64,000 nt of DNA from NCBI GenBank assembly GCA_964513215.1, contig CAZELU010000001.1, positions 27,773-91,772 on the forward strand, given 5' to 3'. The notes beneath the pieces were generated by a model. That model did no database searches. It saw only the letters and a program-made list of their open reading frames with translations, and was not told the DNA's origin. This DNA comes from an uncultured Bifidobacterium sp. Lineage in GTDB: Bacteria > Actinomycetota > Acidimicrobiia > Acidimicrobiales > Ilumatobacteraceae. The position numbers and the translations under genes are program-made. This document shows positions 26,794-36,062 of the stretch, in pieces. Each line of letters begins with the position of its first letter. Positions within the stretch are counted from its first letter, which is position 1.

Positions 26794-27474
26794 GTGACCA
26801 CCCGGATCCTGGCAGTCGAAGACGACGAGCGGATCCGCACGGCGGTCCGACTCGCTCTCGAGGACGAGGGTTGGGTTGTCGACGAAGCGGCCAGTGGCGA
26901 AGAGGGCGTGATCCAATTCGCTCGGCAACCCGCCGACGTCGTTCTGATCGACATCATGTTGCCGGGTATCGACGGATTCGAGTTGTGTCGCAGTATTCGT
27001 CGCACGAGCGACGTTCCGATCGTGATGGTCACGGCGCGCGCCGACACCCACGACGTCGTGGCCGGGCTCGAAGCCGGTGCCGACGACTATCTCACCAAAC
27101 CCTTCGCTCCCAAAGAACTCTCGGCTCGAATCCGCGCTCTTCTGCGTCGCGCCCGTCCCGCCAACCCTGCGCACCCGCGCCTCGTGTTCGGTGATCTCGA
27201 GATCATTCCGGACGAAGGCAAGGTTCTGCGTGCAGGTGAAGAATTGCATCTCACCAAGACCGAGTTCCGCCTGTTGTGCGAACTGGCGCAGAATCCGGGC
27301 CGAGTGTTCAGCCGCGAACAACTTCTCGATCACGTGTGGGGATACGGGTACTTCGGTGACGGTCGTCTGGTCGACGTGCACATCCGTCGTCTTCGAACCA
27401 AGGTGGAAGCCGACGCGGCCAATCCGCGTCACGTCGTGACGGTGCGAGGTCTCGGCTACCGACTGCAGCCGTAG
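26794..27474 (+). CDS. mtrA: OmpR-family response regulator, MtrA-like
   Basis: Receiver domain ILAVEDDERIR...VVLIDIMLPGIDG...KPF, with the winged helix ending VVTVRGLGYRL. GTG start at 26794. Confidence 0.9.
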   Translation: MTTRILAVEDDERIRTAVRLALEDEGWVVDEAASGEEGVIQFARQPADVVLIDIMLPGIDGFELCRSIRRTSDVPIVMVTARADTHDVVAGLEAGADDYLTKPFAPKELSARIRALLRRARPANPAHPRLVFGDLEIIPDEGKVLRAGEELHLTKTEFRLLCELAQNPGRVFSREQLLDHVWGYGYFGDGRLVDVHIRRLRTKVEADAANPRHVVTVRGLGYRLQP

Positions 27475-27483
27475 TGTGAACTC

Positions 27484-28884
27484 GTGCGGTCCTGGCGTCG
27501 TGTCTTCTTCGGACTGCGCAGCCGCATCCTCCTGACCTTCGGTCTCGGCAGCCTGGGTCTGTCGGTGTTCCTGGCCCTCGCCACCTACAGCTTCACGCGC
27601 AGCAATCTCGTCGACGAGCGCGAGTCGAACGCCATCGAACAGGCCTACGACTCCGCTCGGCGCGTCGGGGTCGACCTGCGTTCGGCCCCGGCCAACGTGC
27701 AATCGGTGATCGATCGACTCGGTTCGAGCCGACCGCTTCTCTTCTACCGAGGCACCTGGACGGCTGGTGACGCCCGCTTCTCGTCGGGCCAAGTGCCCGA
27801 TTCGATGCTGACCGCGGTGATCGACGAGAGCCGACCCACCATGATGCGTTTCTCGGTCGACGACGAACTGGTGTTGGCGGTCGGCGTCCCGCTCGAGGAG
27901 GTCGGGGGCGCGTACTTCGAGTTCGCGTCGTTCGACGACGTGCAGAGCACGTTGCGCAGCGTCGGGTTCGCACTGATCTTTGCGACCGGTATCACCACAC
28001 TCGTGGGCATCGTCCTCGGCGCCATCTCGGCGTCACGCGCGGTTCGACCGCTCACAGCGGCCAGTCAAGCCGCTCAAGCCCTCGCCGGCGGTCGACTCGA
28101 CACTCGTCTCGAAGCGACCGACGACCCCGACCTCGAAGCACTCACTCGTTCGTTCAACGACATGGCCACCGCTCTTCAAGAACGCGTCGAGCGCGACGCG
28201 CGGTTCACGTCGGACGTGAGCCACGAATTGCGGTCGCCGCTGATGACGTTGTCGGCGAGTGTCGAGGTGATGAAGGCACGTCGCGAAGAGATGCCCGAAC
28301 GCGCTCAGGCCGCGCTCGATCTTCTGGTGGCCGACGTGGCTCGTTTCCAAGGTCTGGTCGAAGACCTCCTGGAGATCTCACGTTTCGACGCCGGCGCCAT
28401 TCGACTGAACGAGGAAGAACTGCTCGTCGGCGAATTCGTTCGCCAGGCCGTGGCCGCCAGCAGCCTCCCCCGAACACCGGTTTCGGTGTCACCGGTCGCC
28501 GACGAAATGATCATCAAGGGCGACCGCCGCCGCTTGGCTCGCGTGATCGCCAACCTCGTCGACAACGGGCGCATCCACGGTGGCGCCGAAGTCGAAGTCG
28601 CGGTCTTCGTTCCCGACGACGACACGTCGACCGGACTCGTCTGGATCACCGTCGAAGACCACGGACCCGGAGTGCCGACCGAAGAGCGGACATTGATCTT
28701 CGAGCGATTCGCGCGCGGAGGAGTCGCCGGGCGACGCGGCGGCTCGGAAGGTGCCGGCCTCGGGCTGGCCCTGGTGGACGAGCACGTGAAGTTGCACCGC
28801 GGGCGGGTCTGGGTCGAGAACCGTCACGATGGCTCCGAGGGTTCGTGTTTCGTGATCGAGCTACCGGCCGAGGTTCTGCGATGA
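27484..28884 (+). CDS. mtrB: Sensor histidine kinase, MtrB-like
   Basis: Two TM segments flank a sensor domain. It has a HAMP region, the H-box FTSDVSHELRSPL, and the ATPase G-box GAGLGLALV. Confidence 0.88.
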   Translation: MRSWRRVFFGLRSRILLTFGLGSLGLSVFLALATYSFTRSNLVDERESNAIEQAYDSARRVGVDLRSAPANVQSVIDRLGSSRPLLFYRGTWTAGDARFSSGQVPDSMLTAVIDESRPTMMRFSVDDELVLAVGVPLEEVGGAYFEFASFDDVQSTLRSVGFALIFATGITTLVGIVLGAISASRAVRPLTAASQAAQALAGGRLDTRLEATDDPDLEALTRSFNDMATALQERVERDARFTSDVSHELRSPLMTLSASVEVMKARREEMPERAQAALDLLVADVARFQGLVEDLLEISRFDAGAIRLNEEELLVGEFVRQAVAASSLPRTPVSVSPVADEMIIKGDRRRLARVIANLVDNGRIHGGAEVEVAVFVPDDDTSTGLVWITVEDHGPGVPTEERTLIFERFARGGVAGRRGGSEGAGLGLALVDEHVKLHRGRVWVENRHDGSEGSCFVIELPAEVLR

Positions 28885-29492
28885 GAACCACCACGCTCGC
28901 GCTCACCGTCGGCTCGCTCGTGTTGCTCGGTTGCGGTCTGGACCCCGACTCGACTCCCCGACCCATTCCCGATGTCGAGCAGCGCGCGCTCGTCGACATC
29001 GAGTTCGCCGACGTGGGCACCACCGGCTCGGGCCGGATCTACCTCGAGCGAACCGATGAGACCGGTCGATCGTTCTTGACCTCGGTGCGCCGCGAATTGT
29101 CACTCGATCCGCAGACCGTCATGGCGGCCCTCCTCACCGGCCCCACCGAGGCCGAGCAGCAAGTGGGTCTGCGCACCGCGGTTCCCCGCGACACCACGCT
29201 GCTCAGTGCACGCTACGTCGCGACCGATCTGGTGAAAGTCGACGTGTCGTCGGAGATCTTCCAGGCGACGGGCGACGACTTGGTCGCGGCGGTCGCACAG
29301 ATCGTTCTCACCCTGGCCGAGATCGACGGCGTCGAACGAGTGTCGCTCGCGGTCGATGGCGCATCGGTCGAGTGGCCGCGCGGTGACGGCAGCCTCACGT
29401 CCGAACCGCTGACGATCTACGACTATCCGGGCCGAGCCGTGTCGAGTCAACCCGACTATCCGGCGATCGTGGTGGCGGGCGCTCAGCCGTAG
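28881..29492 (+). CDS. GerMN-domain lipoprotein (short LpqB-like)
   Basis: ATG 28881 overlaps the mtrB stop (ATGA). Lipobox LVLLGC. GerMN-like core TVMAALLTGPTEAEQQVGLRTAVP...AVAQIVLTLAEIDGVERVSLAVDG. Confidence 0.7.
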   Translation: MRTTTLALTVGSLVLLGCGLDPDSTPRPIPDVEQRALVDIEFADVGTTGSGRIYLERTDETGRSFLTSVRRELSLDPQTVMAALLTGPTEAEQQVGLRTAVPRDTTLLSARYVATDLVKVDVSSEIFQATGDDLVAAVAQIVLTLAEIDGVERVSLAVDGASVEWPRGDGSLTSEPLTIYDYPGRAVSSQPDYPAIVVAGAQP

Positions 29493-30517
29493 AACACTTG
29501 CGCGACGTCGCGCAGCAACTCGAGATCGACCGTCTTGATACGACCCACCGTCTGCTCGAGCGGGACGCGCACGATCTCGGTTCCGCTCAGCGCGACCATC
29601 TGACCCCAGGCACCATCGTGCACGGCGTCGATCGCGGCCAAACCGAATCGTGTCGACAACACGCGGTCGTACGCGGTGGGCGTTCCGCCACGCTGCACGT
29701 GGCCGATCTGGACGATGCGGGCCTCGATACCGGTCCGCCGTTCGATCTCGGCGGCGATGTCGACTCCGATGCCACCCAGACGAGGTCGCCCGATCGCGTC
29801 GAGCGCATAGTCACGACGGGGCATGGTTCCCTCGACCGGCACGGACCCTTCGGCCACCACGGCGATCGATGCGTACCGACCACGATGATGTCGACGTTCG
29901 ATCACTTCGCACACGTCGGCGATGTCGAAGGGGATTTCAGGCACGAGGATGACCGTGGCTCCACCGGCGATGCCGGCGTACGCCGCGATCCAGCCGGCGT
30001 CACGCCCCATCACTTCGACGACGATCACTCGGTTGTGGCTCTCGGCCGTGGTGTGGAGCCGGTCGATCGCATCGGTCGCGACCTGAACCGCGGTGTGGAA
30101 GCCGAACGTGACGTCGGTGCCCACGATGTCGTTGTCGATGGTCTTGGGCACGCCCACAATCGGAAGGCCGGTCTGTTCGTGGATCATCGAGGCGACGGTC
30201 AACGATCCATTGCCACCGATCACGACCAATCCGTCGAGTCGCTGTTCGTCGAAGCAGCGGCGCACTCGATCGATCCCGTCGTCGTGATCGAAGGGGCTAC
30301 CCCGCTTGGTCCCGATGATGGTCCCACCCTTGGGCAACAGTCCGCGCATCGACGAGATGTCGAGACGAATGAACGTCTGCGCCATCACCCCGTCCCACGA
30401 GTCGATGAACCCCAGGATCTCGTCACCGTGGACCGACTCGCCTTTGCGCACGATGGCGCGAATGACCGCGTTGAGACCCGGACAATCTCCCCCACCGGTG
30501 AGAACTCCGATGCGCAT
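29483..30517 (-). CDS. pfkA: 6-phosphofructokinase (ATP- or PPi-dependent, not resolvable by eye)
   Basis: Motifs MRIGVLTGGGDCPGLNAVIR, VPKTIDNDI and MGRDAGWIA. Confidence 0.9.
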   Translation of the reverse strand: MRIGVLTGGGDCPGLNAVIRAIVRKGESVHGDEILGFIDSWDGVMAQTFIRLDISSMRGLLPKGGTIIGTKRGSPFDHDDGIDRVRRCFDEQRLDGLVVIGGNGSLTVASMIHEQTGLPIVGVPKTIDNDIVGTDVTFGFHTAVQVATDAIDRLHTTAESHNRVIVVEVMGRDAGWIAAYAGIAGGATVILVPEIPFDIADVCEVIERRHHRGRYASIAVVAEGSVPVEGTMPRRDYALDAIGRPRLGGIGVDIAAEIERRTGIEARIVQIGHVQRGGTPTAYDRVLSTRFGLAAIDAVHDGAWGQMVALSGTEIVRVPLEQTVGRIKTVDLELLRDVAQVFYG

Positions 30518-30548
30518 GAAGTCAGCCTACGGGTGGAACAATGTCGAC

Positions 30549-30896
30549 ATGGCGTGGGATTCCTCTCGACCGGTTCCGTGGCAACGCTTGTCCCGCGAAT
30601 GGCTCGTGTACGCGGTCGTCATGATCGTGGCGTTCTTGATCTTCCTTCGCGACACGGTGAACGGGGCGTCAGTTCTCGGACTGGCCGCGTCGTATCCGCT
30701 GTACCTCGGTTTCGGTGCGGTCCTCGCGAAGTTCGGCTACCAACGCAAGACCTTCCGTGATCTGCGCAACGAGACGCGCGCTCGCCAGGCGCCACCGGCG
30801 TCGTCGACCACGACCAACACGCGCTCGCGTCCGGCCCCGACTCGACGCACGAGCACGGGTCCGTCGCAACATCGCAAGAAGGGCAAGAAGCGGTGA
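30549..30896 (+). CDS. Hypothetical membrane protein with a basic C-terminal tail (115 aa)
   Basis: ATG 30549 within ORF 30306..30896. Helices LVYAVVMIVAFLIFL and VLGLAASYPLYLGFGAVLAKFGY. Its stop overlaps the glpK GTG (GTGA). Confidence 0.45.
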   Translation: MAWDSSRPVPWQRLSREWLVYAVVMIVAFLIFLRDTVNGASVLGLAASYPLYLGFGAVLAKFGYQRKTFRDLRNETRARQAPPASSTTTNTRSRPAPTRRTSTGPSQHRKKGKKR

Positions 30897-32371
30897 GCGA
30901 CTACGTGCTGGCGATCGACGCCGGCACCACCGGCGTGCGCTCACGGGCAGTCTTCTCCGATGGCCGCCCGAGCATCGCCGCCTACCGCGAGTTCACCCAA
31001 CACTTCCCCGAACCCGGTTGGGTCGAGCACGATGCGCTCGAGATCTGGGCCGCGGTCGTGGCCACCTTTCGAGAAGTCGTCGAACGAGCTGGCCTCCCCG
31101 CCGCTGTCGGCATCACGAATCAACGCGAGACGGTCGTCGCCTGGAGCGCGCGAACCTCGCTCCCCCTCGCTCGGGCGATCGTGTGGCAGGACCGACGGAC
31201 GGCCCAACGCTGTGAGCAACTCGCACCACACCTCGACCTCGTTCGGCGCCGCACCGGTCTCGTCCTCGATCCGTACTTCTCGGGCACCAAGATGGCCTGG
31301 CTCATCGAACACGGGGTGTCGGCCGATGACGATCTTCGCCTCGGCACGATCGATGCATGGATCGTGTACCGCCTCACCGCCGGTGCCGTTCACGCCACTG
31401 ATTCGTCCAACGCGAGTCGGACGATGCTCTTCGACATCGCCGAGTTGTCGTGGAGCGACGAGCTCTGTGAACTGATTGGTGTTCCTCGTCGGGCCCTACC
31501 CACCGTGGTGCCGTCGAGCGGACGCATCGGTACCACCGCCTGCGCCGAACTCCCCACCGGAATACCGATCTCGGGAATCGCCGGCGATCAACAAAGTGCG
31601 CTCTTCGGTCAAGCGTGCTTCACCCCCGGCATGGCCAAGAACACCTATGGCACCGGCAGTTTCGTCCTCATGAACATCGGCCCGAACTGCCCGGCACCGT
31701 GCGACGGACTCCTCACGACCGTGGCGTGGACTCTTCCCGACGGCGCCGGAGGCCTCACGACCACCTACGCATTCGAAGGAGCAATCTTCGTGACGGGTGC
31801 GGCCATCCAATGGTTGCGTGACGGCCTCGGCATCATCTCGCGCGCCGAGGAGATCGGTCCATTGGCCGCGAGTGTGCCCGACAGCGGCGGACTGTTCGTC
31901 GTTCCGGCCTTCACCGGACTCGGAAGTCCGTGGTGGGATCCGTACGCGCGCGGGACCATCGTCGGCATCACGCGTGGCTCGACACGCGCACACCTCGCGC
32001 GGGCTGTCATCGACGCCATGGCGTTGCAGACCCGAGACGCGATCGCCGCCATGCAGTCGGCCAGTGGTGTGACCATCTCCGAACTGCGCGTCGATGGTGG
32101 TGCCTCGGTCATGGATCTCCTTCTTCGGATCCAGGCCGACCAACTCGGCATCACCGTACGTCGACCGGTCGACCAAGAGACCACCGCATTGGGGGCCGCC
32201 TTCCTGGCTGGCTTGGCCGAAGGTGTGTGGCCCGATCTGGCCGCGATCGCCGAACGTTGGCAGACCGATCTCGTCGTCGCACCCGCGTCCGATCGAACCG
32301 CCGCCGACGAGTTGCACACCACGTGGTTGCGCGCAGTCGAGCGTTCGCGCCACTGGGCCACCTCGAACTAG
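30893..32371 (+). CDS. glpK: Glycerol kinase
   Basis: YVLAIDAGTTGVRS, FTQHFPEPGWVEHD, FFSGTKMAWL-like YFSGTKMAWLIEH and GIAGDQQSALFGQ. Confidence 0.93.
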   Translation: MSDYVLAIDAGTTGVRSRAVFSDGRPSIAAYREFTQHFPEPGWVEHDALEIWAAVVATFREVVERAGLPAAVGITNQRETVVAWSARTSLPLARAIVWQDRRTAQRCEQLAPHLDLVRRRTGLVLDPYFSGTKMAWLIEHGVSADDDLRLGTIDAWIVYRLTAGAVHATDSSNASRTMLFDIAELSWSDELCELIGVPRRALPTVVPSSGRIGTTACAELPTGIPISGIAGDQQSALFGQACFTPGMAKNTYGTGSFVLMNIGPNCPAPCDGLLTTVAWTLPDGAGGLTTTYAFEGAIFVTGAAIQWLRDGLGIISRAEEIGPLAASVPDSGGLFVVPAFTGLGSPWWDPYARGTIVGITRGSTRAHLARAVIDAMALQTRDAIAAMQSASGVTISELRVDGGASVMDLLLRIQADQLGITVRRPVDQETTALGAAFLAGLAEGVWPDLAAIAERWQTDLVVAPASDRTAADELHTTWLRAVERSRHWATSN

Positions 32372-32377
32372 CTCGCG

Positions 32378-33004
32378 TCAACCTCGTCGTATCGAGGCGC
32401 CGGCCGCTCGACCGATCGCCGATACCTGCTCGCGTTCGCGAGCACGAAACGCCCGGCCACGCCGTTCGGCGGCGAACGACAAGTCGGTTCCGGCCAGATG
32501 CGCCCAGATCACATCGGACGGCGTGTGTTCGGACCCGCCGTCATCGAGGTGGATGGTGCCGGCGAGGAACGCAACGAGCCAACTCGGATCGGGCACTTCA
32601 CCCGATGCGACGATCACGGCCGAACGACCACGATCGACGACGGCGACCCAATCGGCTTCGAGCAATCGCCGCAACCCCGCCACGAGAACGTCGACGTCGC
32701 CACTCGACTCGATGAAGTCGGCCAGCACGGACAGGCCCATGACACCGTGATCGAGACGTTCGTCGTCGAGACGGCGGACGTCTTCGACCGCCACTCCGTC
32801 CACTCGGGCGAGTGCGACCACGACGTCGTCGACGGACGTGGTGTCGGGCACGTCGATGGTGACCTCGTCGATGGCCATCCCGGCGCCGCGTTCGAGGATT
32901 TCGATTCCGGTGACGTCAGCGCCCACCGAGCCGATGGCCGCCGCGACCCGCCCCAGGGTTCCCGGGCGATCGGGCAACCACAGGCGGATCACATGGGCCG
33001 ACAC
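32378..33004 (-). CDS. ACT domain-containing protein
   Basis: ORF trimmed to GTG 33004, 1 nt after the aminotransferase stop. The N-terminal ACT-like fold reads IRLWLPDRPGTLGRVAAAIGSVGADVTGIEIL. I do not recognise the C-terminal half. Confidence 0.6.
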   Translation of the reverse strand: MSAHVIRLWLPDRPGTLGRVAAAIGSVGADVTGIEILERGAGMAIDEVTIDVPDTTSVDDVVVALARVDGVAVEDVRRLDDERLDHGVMGLSVLADFIESSGDVDVLVAGLRRLLEADWVAVVDRGRSAVIVASGEVPDPSWLVAFLAGTIHLDDGGSEHTPSDVIWAHLAGTDLSFAAERRGRAFRAREREQVSAIGRAAGASIRRG

Positions 33005-33005
33005 G

Positions 33006-34211
33006 TCAGCCGAGTTTCGTGAGCCCGCGTTTGAGGTTGCGGATACCTTGCGCGATGCGCTGTTCGTTCTCGATGAGTGCGAAGCGCACGAAGCCTTCGC
33101 CCCCGGGTCCGAAGCCGACACCAGGTGACAGTGCCACCTCGCATTCGCGAACCATCAACGAGCAGAACTCGACCGACGTCAAGTCGGCGTACGGCTCGGG
33201 AATCGGAGCCCACACGAACATCGATCCCTTCGGCGCGGGAATGTCCCAGCCGATCCGTCCGAGACCGTCGATCAATGCGTCACGACGGCTCTGGTAGATG
33301 GAACAGACCTCTTCGGGGTAGTCGCCAGCCTCGTTCATGGTCACGGTGGCGGCGATCTGAATGGGCTGGAAGGTTCCGTAGTCGAGGTAACTCTTCAACT
33401 TCACCAACGCCTGGACGACGTCGCGGTTGCCGAGCAAGAACGCCACACGCCAGCCCGCCATCGAGAAGCTCTTGGTCATGGAATACAGCTCGACCGCGCA
33501 TTCCTTGGCCCCTTCGGCCTGCAGGATCGACGGTGGCTGATAACCGTTGAATCCGACATCGGCATAGGCGAAGTCGTGCACCACGATCATGTTGCGCTCA
33601 CGGCAGAAGTCGACGACGCGCTGCATGAACGGCAGGTCGACGCACGAACCCGTGGGGTTGTGCGGGAACGAGATGACGAGCACACGAGGCTTGGGCCAAC
33701 CCACGTCATAGGCGGTGGTGAGACTGTCGAAGAAGTCACCTTCGAAGTCGGTCTGCACACGCGGGTCGGACAAACTGCGCATGGGCACCTGGCGCAGGTC
33801 GGCGCCAGCGAACAGCGGGCCGTAGATGTGGATCGGATAACTGGGGCTCGGAACGATGGCGGCGTCACCACGATCGAGCAGCACCCACATCAGATGGCTG
33901 AAGCCTTCCTTCGATCCGATGGTGTTGGTGATCTCGGTCTCGACGTCGAGATCGACGTTCCACTTGCGCTTGTACAGATCGGCGATGGCCTCGCGGAGCT
34001 TGGGAAGTCCGCGTGACATCGAGTAGCGATGATTTCGGGCGATCTTGGCCGCTTCGGCCAGCTTCTCGACGGCGATCGACGGGGACGGGATGTCGGGATT
34101 GCCGAATCCGAGGTCGACGACGTCGACACCGTTGCGCCGTGCCTCGATCTTCAGCGAATTGATGATCGTGAAGACGTACGGAGGCAGATTGCTGATACGG
34201 CGGAACTCCAT
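33006..34211 (-). CDS. Class I/II PLP-dependent aminotransferase (alanine/aspartate aminotransferase-like)
   Basis: Motifs NLPPYVF, SPSYPIH, FPHNPTG and LYSMTKSFSMAGWR (PLP lysine). Confidence 0.88.
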   Translation of the reverse strand: MEFRRISNLPPYVFTIINSLKIEARRNGVDVVDLGFGNPDIPSPSIAVEKLAEAAKIARNHRYSMSRGLPKLREAIADLYKRKWNVDLDVETEITNTIGSKEGFSHLMWVLLDRGDAAIVPSPSYPIHIYGPLFAGADLRQVPMRSLSDPRVQTDFEGDFFDSLTTAYDVGWPKPRVLVISFPHNPTGSCVDLPFMQRVVDFCRERNMIVVHDFAYADVGFNGYQPPSILQAEGAKECAVELYSMTKSFSMAGWRVAFLLGNRDVVQALVKLKSYLDYGTFQPIQIAATVTMNEAGDYPEEVCSIYQSRRDALIDGLGRIGWDIPAPKGSMFVWAPIPEPYADLTSVEFCSLMVRECEVALSPGVGFGPGGEGFVRFALIENEQRIAQGIRNLKRGLTKLG

Positions 34212-34221
34212 GGGTTCGACC

Positions 34222-35148
34222 CTAGTGGCCGGTGCCGTCGGAGAGCGGTTCGTTTGCCACCTCGGCCAGGAGAGCCGCGCCGATCGCCCCAGCCAACGGA
34301 CCGTGACGGGCGACGTCGATACGCGGATGCGGACGAAGTCGCGGGGAGTAGAGAAGTTCCGCGAACCAACGGCGAACCGGGCCGATCACAGCATCACCCG
34401 ATGCCGCCAATCCGCCACCGATCACGATCACTTCCGGATCGAGCGCATTGGTGAGATTCGCCAAGCCCAACGCGACCCACTTCCCGAACTCGTCGAGCAC
34501 GTCACGGGCCGCGTCGTCTCCCCCGGTGGCCGCCGCCATCACGTCTTCACCCCGCACGTCGGCATCACCCGCGAACAATCCGGCTCGCTGCGCGAGGAAG
34601 ACGAGACCGGTTCCGGAAGCGAAGCGCTCCCAGCATCCGTGCTGACCGCACGGACAACGCGGCCCACTCGGATCGACGATCATGTGGCCGATCTCACCCG
34701 CGAACCCGTTGGCTCCGCGAACGACGCGACCCTCGCTCACGAGACCGCCACCGATCCCGGTGCCGAGGGTCACCACCACGGCGTGGCGTGCACCGGTGGC
34801 CACTCCGGCCCGCCACTCGGCGATGGCCGCGCACGTCGCGTCGTTCTCCACGTGAACGAGTCGACCGATTCGATCGGAGAGACGACGACCCACCGGGAAG
34901 TCGATGGCCGACGAGAGATTCGGCGACGCACGGATCACACCGTCGCGAGTGATGAGACCCGGGACACCGAGCCCGATGGAATCGCACGGGCCCACTCGTT
35001 CGACGAGATCGGCGAGTCCGTCGATGAGCGAATCGGTGCCGTGTGGCGTCGCGATGCGGTGTTCGGCCACCACGCGCAGATCGTCATCGATCACCACAGC
35101 CACGCACTTGGTTCCGCCGACGTCGATGCCGGCGCGGCGGCCGCTCAC
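34222..35148 (-). CDS. glk: ROK family glucokinase
   Basis: Motifs AGIDVGGTKCV, ENDATCAA and the zinc motif CPCGQHGCWERF. Confidence 0.85.
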   Translation of the reverse strand: MSGRRAGIDVGGTKCVAVVIDDDLRVVAEHRIATPHGTDSLIDGLADLVERVGPCDSIGLGVPGLITRDGVIRASPNLSSAIDFPVGRRLSDRIGRLVHVENDATCAAIAEWRAGVATGARHAVVVTLGTGIGGGLVSEGRVVRGANGFAGEIGHMIVDPSGPRCPCGQHGCWERFASGTGLVFLAQRAGLFAGDADVRGEDVMAAATGGDDAARDVLDEFGKWVALGLANLTNALDPEVIVIGGGLAASGDAVIGPVRRWFAELLYSPRLRPHPRIDVARHGPLAGAIGAALLAEVANEPLSDGTGH

Positions 35149-35579
35149 GACTCGGCGCGGACCTTGAGTTCCTTGACCGTGTTGAGGATGCGCACCTCGG
35201 CGCGGCGCTTCACGAAGCCGGGCAGCGGGACGATCAGATCGATCGAGAGGTTGTAGGTGAGGACGACCCCACCCGACTCACTCGGAGCGAACATGTACGC
35301 GCCGTCGACCGCACGCATGATGTCGCCCTTGGCCATCCGCCAGGCCAAGCGGTGCGGAGCAGCCGAGTAGTCGTACACCAACGAGTAGTGCGTGCTGCGT
35401 CCGAGTGCGGACGTGCGGAACTCGACTTCGGTCGCGCGCCCTTGATCGTCGCGACTCTGCACCACCGCCGACTTCACGTCGGTGGCCCATTCGGGATACC
35501 GCTCGAAATCGGTGGCGATTTGCCAACAGCGTTCGAGCGGGGCGGCGATCGAAATGGTGAGGGACGCCGTATCGGCCAT
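35145..35579 (-). CDS. SRPBCC (polyketide cyclase/dehydrase-like) family protein
   Basis: 144 aa. ISIAAPLERCWQIATDFERYPEWATDV is typical of the family. 4-nt overlap with glk. Confidence 0.7.
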   Translation of the reverse strand: MADTASLTISIAAPLERCWQIATDFERYPEWATDVKSAVVQSRDDQGRATEVEFRTSALGRSTHYSLVYDYSAAPHRLAWRMAKGDIMRAVDGAYMFAPSESGGVVLTYNLSIDLIVPLPGFVKRRAEVRILNTVKELKVRAES

Positions 35580-35588
35580 GTCTCTGTT

Positions 35589-36062
35589 CTAGCCGATCGA
35601 CGTACGGCGGGGCTGAAAACCCCCGTGGGCCGCCGCCCACAACCCGTTCAATCCGAGGCCGAGCACCGGTACCAGAACGCCGAACGCCAGCGTCGATCCC
35701 GCGGTCGATCCACCGTCGGCCGCGGGTGTACTCGGCCGGGCAATGGCGGTGGCGACCGAGACCACCGTTTGCGCCGTGAGGCACGACAACATGACGGTCT
35801 TCACGCGCTTGGGGATGGCCGGACCCATCAAGAAGTAGAGCTCGGCCACCGCCATCTCGTCGCTTCGACTGCGCTGCACGGCGTTCCAGTATCCCCAGAG
35901 AAACGCGACGACTCCCCCGGCGAACAAGGCCAGCGCCACGACGACACCCTGTGTCTTCACCCAACCGTCGAACACGATCGCGGCCGCCGTGCTCGACGCC
36001 ACGAAGAACGCCGTGGCCGCGACATTGGCGCGCAGGATCCAGTCACCGGGTTTCACGACCAC
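35589..36062 (-). CDS. Hypothetical integral membrane protein (4 predicted TM)
   Basis: 157-aa hydrophobic ORF with coding-like third-position GC. I recognise no motif. Confidence 0.5.
   Translation of the reverse strand: MVVKPGDWILRANVAATAFFVASSTAAAIVFDGWVKTQGVVVALALFAGGVVAFLWGYWNAVQRSRSDEMAVAELYFLMGPAIPKRVKTVMLSCLTAQTVVSVATAIARPSTPAADGGSTAGSTLAFGVLVPVLGLGLNGLWAAAHGGFQPRRTSIG

Noticed and set aside
29483-30517. The PFK motif IGGNGS (instead of the usual GGDGS), considered as evidence for PPi- versus ATP-dependence
   Set aside because: The specificity-determining positions cannot be assigned without an alignment to characterised enzymes, so the gene is left as a generic 6-phosphofructokinase.
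33006-34211. The aminotransferase gene (and the VWA gene at 40559..41998) look slightly less GC-rich than their neighbours, considered as horizontal transfer
   Set aside because: I cannot compute composition reliably by eye. The impression is explained by Lys/Ile/Phe/Asn-richer proteins. The flanks show normal operon packing and no mobility genes.
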